Virus record (IMG/VR): IMGVR_UViG_3300030061_000751
Coordinates: 1-57,402 of that record
Strand: one strand, 5' to 3'
DNA length: 57,402 nt
Source: a virus
Lineage: Duplodnaviria > Caudoviricetes
Of the stretch, positions 52,671-57,402 are shown in pieces (position 1 is the stretch's first letter; each line of letters begins with the position of its first letter). Below the pieces are notes generated by a model. That model made no database searches and had not been told where the DNA came from. It saw nothing but the letters and a program-made list of their open reading frames with translations. The translations under genes were made by a program, and so were the position numbers.

Positions 52671-53311
52671 TGGCGTTTACCCTTACGACTCTAAAACAGG
52701 CCATTCAGGACTATACGGAGTCAAACGAGACTACATTTGTCAATAATTTGACAACGATTATTACGCAGGCAGAGGATAAGATTCTCAAGACCGTGCAACT
52801 ACCTGATTTTCGTAAGAATGTTTCAGGTTCTGTGGCAAGCGGTAATCAGTACCTCATTATGCCTACAGATTTTTTGACACCCTACTCACTAGCCATCGAC
52901 AATTCTGGCTTTGAGTATCTGATGTTTAAGGACGTAAACTTTATACGTCAGGCGTACCCGCTAACAACAACGCAGGGAGCGCCCAAGTACTACGGCATCT
53001 TCAGCCGCACCGCGTTTATTCTCGGCCCCACCCCTGATTCTGCCTATGACGCAGAACTGCACTACTTCCACAAACCCACTTCTATTACCGCATCTGGAGA
53101 CGGCACAAGCTGGCTTGGCACCAACGCAGAGTCCACGCTCCTGTATGGCTGTCTTGTCGAGGCGTACACCTTTTTGAAGGGCGACCCCGATCTGATGCAG
53201 ATGTATACCCAAAGGTATATGGAGGCGCTGGCTAATCTGGAGCAGTTGGGCGAAGGCTACAGCACGACAGACAGCTATAGATCGGGCGAGGTTAGGAAAG
53301 CTAGAGCATGA
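52670..53311 (+). CDS. Head-tail adaptor protein
   Basis: L..AIQDY, G.PKYY, GPTPD..Y..ELHY, LLYG.L.EAY.FLK. Confidence 0.7.
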   Translation: MAFTLTTLKQAIQDYTESNETTFVNNLTTIITQAEDKILKTVQLPDFRKNVSGSVASGNQYLIMPTDFLTPYSLAIDNSGFEYLMFKDVNFIRQAYPLTTTQGAPKYYGIFSRTAFILGPTPDSAYDAELHYFHKPTSITASGDGTSWLGTNAESTLLYGCLVEAYTFLKGDPDLMQMYTQRYMEALANLEQLGEGYSTTDSYRSGEVRKARA

Positions 53312-53598
53312 TTGGTGTTAGCGGTGGTTTTGAGGTGGGTAGCGTTAATGTCCACACAACACAGAATAGGGGGTTTTCCCCAGACGAGATTGCTGAGAGA
53401 TGCTTAGACAAGATCATCTCGGTAGCTGACACTGCGTTGCCAGAGGTACAGGCACAAGCGCAGGCATTCAAGGATCACATCAGAGCGGTTCTTGTTTTTT
53501 ACATGAAAGAGGCCGCAAACAGCGACCGAACTACAGTGTATAACGCCCTTCTGGACGCAGGGCAAAAAGACTTAGCCGAACTTATCAGGAGAATGTGA
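53308..53598 (+). CDS. Hypothetical protein
   Basis: ATGA-coupled ORF. Confidence 0.65.
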   Translation: MIGVSGGFEVGSVNVHTTQNRGFSPDEIAERCLDKIISVADTALPEVQAQAQAFKDHIRAVLVFYMKEAANSDRTTVYNALLDAGQKDLAELIRRM

Positions 53599-53599
53599 T

Positions 53600-54043
53600 A
53601 TGGCTTTCAGCGGAAACTTCATGTGTACCAGTTTTAAGCAAGAACTGCTTATTGGTGCTCACAATTTTACTAACGGTGCTCACACGTTCAAGCTGGCAAT
53701 GTATACCAATAGCGCCTCTTTTACTGCGGCAACCACGGCGTACACAACCAGCAATGAGATTAGCGGTACAGGCTACTCAGCAGGCGGCGGAACACTGACC
53801 AATGTGACCCCAACAACCTCTGGAACCACAGCCCTGACCGACTTCTCAGACCTCACGTTCTCTTCCAGCACCCTGACGGCGAGAGGAGCACTTATATACA
53901 ACACTACAACTAGCGGCGGCTCTGGTACTACAGATACCGTTCTCGTGTTGGACTTTGGTGGTGACAAGTCATCCAGTGCTGGCGACTTTACGATTGTGTT
54001 CCCAACTGCTGATGCGTCTAACGCTATTATCAGGATTGCATAG
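53600..54043 (+). CDS. Virion structural protein (tail region)
   Basis: SFK.ELL...H.F, GY.AGG.TL, ARGALIYN, VLDFGGDK. Confidence 0.7.
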   Translation: MAFSGNFMCTSFKQELLIGAHNFTNGAHTFKLAMYTNSASFTAATTAYTTSNEISGTGYSAGGGTLTNVTPTTSGTTALTDFSDLTFSSSTLTARGALIYNTTTSGGSGTTDTVLVLDFGGDKSSSAGDFTIVFPTADASNAIIRIA

Positions 54044-54045
54044 TC

Positions 54046-54708
54046 ATGGCTTTGGTCGTTGCTGATCGGGTAAAAGAAACCACCACGACAACGGGAACTG
54101 GCGCTGTATCTTTGGCGGGAGCCGCCACCAACTTCAGGACATTCTCGTCTGTCCTGTCAAATGCGGATACAACCTATTACGCAATAGTGGATAACGCCAA
54201 CTTTGCGTTTGAGGTGGGCCTTGGAACCTATGCCAGCAGTGGTAACACGATAACTCGCACCACAGTCCTTTCAAGCTCTAACAGCAACAGCGCCGTTGAT
54301 TTTGGAGCGGGAAGCAAAGATGTCATTCTGACGTACCCCGCCGATAAAGCAGTGTTTGAAGATGCTGACGGCATAGTGTCGATTGAGAACCTTCAGTTTG
54401 ATACCAATGCCATGAAGGCCACAAACACCAACGGCAACGTACAGCTTACGCCAAACGGCACGGGCTTTGTCGAGTTGGTGGGTGCAACTAACGCAGGAGC
54501 GATACGCTTTAACTGCGAGTCGAACAGCCACGGCGTAACCCTAAAGGGGCCACCTCACTCAGCCACCGCAACATACAGTCTTGAGCTTCCAAATGCTGAC
54601 GGCTCCAGCGGGGAGGCTTTGGTAACGGACGGCTCCGGCAAGTTGTCGTTTTCAAGCGCAGGGATTAGCACAGGTAAAGCCATTGCGATGGCTATTGTAT
54701 TCGGATAG
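54046..54708 (+). CDS. Tail fibre-related protein
   Basis: MALV.ADRVKETTTTTGTG, EVG.GT, LP.ADG..G..L.TDGSG.LSF. Confidence 0.7.
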   Translation: MALVVADRVKETTTTTGTGAVSLAGAATNFRTFSSVLSNADTTYYAIVDNANFAFEVGLGTYASSGNTITRTTVLSSSNSNSAVDFGAGSKDVILTYPADKAVFEDADGIVSIENLQFDTNAMKATNTNGNVQLTPNGTGFVELVGATNAGAIRFNCESNSHGVTLKGPPHSATATYSLELPNADGSSGEALVTDGSGKLSFSSAGISTGKAIAMAIVFG

Positions 54709-54718
54709 GAGATAGAAA

Positions 54719-55093
54719 ATGGCCGCACCGAACATTGTCAATGTCGGCACTATTACAGGCAAGTCGTTCTACCTTGCGTTAGCTAACACAAGCGCAACCG
54801 CGCTGGTCAGCAACGCGGCTTCAAGCGGCAAAGTTTTCAAGATCAATATGATTCAGGTTGCCAATGTCGATGGGTCTGTAGCTTGTGATGTAACCGTTAA
54901 GTATCACACACAAGATGATATTGGCGGGACGGGATATGCCTTGGTGTCTACCGTATCCGTTCCACAGGATTCGTCACTGGTTGTTTTAGACAAAAACACA
55001 GCCCTATATCTGGAAGAAGACCGATCCATCTCTGTCACAGCAGGGACGGCAAATGATCTTGAGGTTCTTGTTAGCTACGAAGAGATCAGCTAG
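54719..55093 (+). CDS. Small beta-rich virion protein
   Basis: MAAPNIVNV..I.GK...YLEE...SYEEIS; RBS AGGAG. Confidence 0.65.
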   Translation: MAAPNIVNVGTITGKSFYLALANTSATALVSNAASSGKVFKINMIQVANVDGSVACDVTVKYHTQDDIGGTGYALVSTVSVPQDSSLVVLDKNTALYLEEDRSISVTAGTANDLEVLVSYEEIS

Positions 55094-55102
55094 GTCTAGG
55101 CC

Positions 55103-56548
55103 ATGAGGTTTATTGGCAAAGACCCCAACATCATTGATGCTTATTACACCGCTACGGCTGAAGGTGCAATCACGGCTGGAAAACCTGTCATTGTTGAGGC
55201 AGACGGTGATGTGGCGCAAATCTCTCAAACATCTGGAATTGGGTCTGCGTCCACATTCAACTCAAATGGCAGTTATCACCAAGCGTGTGCTTATGATACG
55301 ACCAACGATAAGTTAGTTATCGCGTACAGAGACGACGGCAACTCTAGTTACGGCACTGCTGTTGTTGCAACATTTGACGGCTCATCGTTTTCATTCGGAA
55401 CACCCGTTGTGTTTGAGTCGGCACAGATTGCTTACACAGACATGACATTTAACTCTAACGCGGGCAAAGTTGTAATAGCCTACGAGGACAAAGGCAATTC
55501 GTCTTACGGAACAGCGGTTGTCGGCACAGTAAGCGGTACTAGCATTTCGTTTGGGACGCCTGCTGTTTTTGAGTATGGCACGACTAGATTTATTTCTGTT
55601 GAGCAAGCTACCGGCTCGTCAAAAGTATTCTTGTCTTATAGAGACATTAGCAATTCAAGCTACGGGACGGGATGCATTGGTGAGATAAGCGGCACCAGCA
55701 TTTCTTATGGCACTGCGTCTGTTTTTAAATCTGCCTTTAGCTCTAATATGGGTTCAGCATACGATGACAATGCTGGGAAGTGTGCGTTTTTTTATAGCTC
55801 CGGTACTAATGGCTACGCAAGAGTTGCTAGTCTAAGCGGCACCAGCATTTCTTATGGCACAGAAAACGAATTTTACACTTCGTCTGGCGGCACAGCAGGC
55901 TATGATAAATCAGTGGTTTATCACGCATCAGGAAATAAAATTGTCGCTGGGTTTCGTGATCTGGGCGATGGAAATTCAGGCTATGCCATTGTTGGAACTA
56001 TAAGCGGGACAAGTATTTCTTTTGGCACTGCCGTGCAATTTTATGCTTCGTATGCCGTCCCTATAAGGGCGGTTTACAACTCAGATGACGCCAATGTCGC
56101 CTTTTTCTTTTTGCTAGGGGGTGACGCATCAAAAAATGCTGTAATTATAGGAACGGTCAGTGGCACCTCAATTAGTTTTGGCACACATGAAGTTTGGCAA
56201 ACAGAGGCGGCAGACATGGGTGACACCGCTTATGACCCAGATCAAAGCAAAACTCTTTTTGTCTACAGAGATACTAATGACAGCAATTATGGAAAAGCAA
56301 GGTCTTATACACCCCCCGTTACTAATTTAACCGCAGAAAACTATATAGGCATCGCCGCAGACACCTACGCTGACAATGAAGACTCAACGATTGGCATTGT
56401 CGGCTGTATAGACCGTAATCAGACGAGCCTGACAGCAGGTCAGCAATACTTTGTTCAAACTGATGGCACACTTAGCACTACAGCAGACGATCCTTCTGTT
56501 CTGGCTGGCACGGCCATATCCGCTACTGAACTGGTGGTCAAAGAATGA
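55103..56548 (+). CDS. Repeat-rich tail/receptor-binding protein, paralogue 1
   Basis: Same ~51-aa repeats and terminal modules as paralogues 2 and 3. Confidence 0.75.
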   Translation: MRFIGKDPNIIDAYYTATAEGAITAGKPVIVEADGDVAQISQTSGIGSASTFNSNGSYHQACAYDTTNDKLVIAYRDDGNSSYGTAVVATFDGSSFSFGTPVVFESAQIAYTDMTFNSNAGKVVIAYEDKGNSSYGTAVVGTVSGTSISFGTPAVFEYGTTRFISVEQATGSSKVFLSYRDISNSSYGTGCIGEISGTSISYGTASVFKSAFSSNMGSAYDDNAGKCAFFYSSGTNGYARVASLSGTSISYGTENEFYTSSGGTAGYDKSVVYHASGNKIVAGFRDLGDGNSGYAIVGTISGTSISFGTAVQFYASYAVPIRAVYNSDDANVAFFFLLGGDASKNAVIIGTVSGTSISFGTHEVWQTEAADMGDTAYDPDQSKTLFVYRDTNDSNYGKARSYTPPVTNLTAENYIGIAADTYADNEDSTIGIVGCIDRNQTSLTAGQQYFVQTDGTLSTTADDPSVLAGTAISATELVVKE

Positions 56549-57402
56549 AAGCTATAGGCAATACGCTACCAAGAAGATTCAAGGCCAAGGCCAGCGGCTC
56601 AATCACTGCGGGTAAGCCTTGCATTGTCGAGGCTGACGGGGATGTGGCGCAGGTCGCGGAAAGTGCGGCAAGCGTAGGCACACCAGTTGTTCTTGATAGC
56701 AATAACTGCCTAGGAATGATTTCTGTATATCATGCTACGGCAGAAAGAGTGGTGGTTATCTATCAAAGATCATCCAAGGTGAGAGCAAGGGTGGGCGCTG
56801 TCTCTGGCGACACTATAAGCTGGGGCAGTGAAACTGATGTTGAGTCAGGAAATAGCTATCCTCTAGGACTTTCGTATGACTCTGGGGAAGAGCAAGTTGT
56901 CGCTGTTTATTATGATGACGGTAATTCTACCTATGGTACAGCCCGTGTTATGACGGTTAATGCCAGCGGCGACTCTGGCTCTGGAAACATATCCTCCCTT
57001 GGAACCCCTGTTGTTTTTAACTCTGCGACCACCTATGGCGGCGGTATCGCTTATGACATCAACGCCAGCAAACACCTAGTTGCTTTTCGTGATAGCAACA
57101 ATGATGGTCGCGGTAGGGTTGCGACCGTTTCGGGGACGAGTATCAGTTTTGGCACAGAGGCTACATTTCAGTCTGCTACCGCCTATTACATTAGCGTGAC
57201 TTATGACGAGGCCGCGCAAAAACACATTGTTTTTCATAACAGAAACTTTACTGACGGCAAAGCAGTTGTCGGAACAATCAGTGGTACGGATGTCACGTTT
57301 GGTAGCCAAGCAGAATTCAACGCCTCAAACACTGGTGACTATTTGCGCGGAGCCTATGATTCGACCTCGCAAAAAGTAGTGCTTGCGTACAGAGACAACG
57401 GT
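56545..57402 (+). CDS. N-terminal part of tail/receptor-binding paralogue 2 (continues at position 58)
   Basis: ATGA-coupled start MKAIGNTLPRRFKAKASGSITAGKPCIVEADGDVAQ; open to the window end. Missing from the ORF track because it has no stop. Confidence 0.85.
   Translation, partial: MKAIGNTLPRRFKAKASGSITAGKPCIVEADGDVAQVAESAASVGTPVVLDSNNCLGMISVYHATAERVVVIYQRSSKVRARVGAVSGDTISWGSETDVESGNSYPLGLSYDSGEEQVVAVYYDDGNSTYGTARVMTVNASGDSGSGNISSLGTPVVFNSATTYGGGIAYDINASKHLVAFRDSNNDGRGRVATVSGTSISFGTEATFQSATAYYISVTYDEAAQKHIVFHNRNFTDGKAVVGTISGTDVTFGSQAEFNASNTGDYLRGAYDSTSQKVVLAYRDNG
57346..57402 (+). repeat. Terminal overlap, right copy
   Basis: 56/57 identity with 1-57. Confidence 0.95.

Noticed and set aside
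55103-57402. Diversity-generating retroelement acting on the tail paralogues
   Set aside because: No reverse transcriptase, and no near-identical template/variable repeat pair differing only at adenines.

Overview
The window is an apparently complete, circularly permuted genome (about 57,345 bp after removing a 57-bp terminal overlap) of a tailed dsDNA phage with a podovirus-like gene set. A near-consensus LexA box suggests a gamma- or betaproteobacterial host (inference). Layout: (i) a long + strand late region (37.8 kb, across the junction, to 23.7 kb) with terS, terL, portal, GroES, scaffold, major capsid, adaptors, three tandem paralogous repeat-rich tail proteins, lysis genes and large ejection/polyvalent proteins; (ii) a recombination/replication block (Sak3-type SSAP, PD-(D/E)XK exonuclease, SSB, RusA, primase-helicase), with no recognisable DNA polymerase, integrase or repressor; (iii) a - strand early region (37.4 to 30.9 kb) of small ORFs including ArdC, a GIY-YIG nuclease and tRNA-Cys. 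The most striking signal is RNA-level organisation of the early region: a ~290-nt leader RNA with about six predicted pseudoknots, two same-polarity pseudoknotted type I hammerhead ribozymes that would excise a 1,573-nt ardC-containing RNA with ligatable ends, a second ~260-nt structured RNA, and a hairpin-embedded Shine-Dalgarno motif repeated before 6-7 genes. Other points of note are two arrays of CTAG-N7-CTAG boxes and an overprinted gene ending in the SSB tail motif DDIPF. All protein calls come from motif recognition by eye and all RNA structures from manual pairing. No searches or folding were run, so novelty is unverified.
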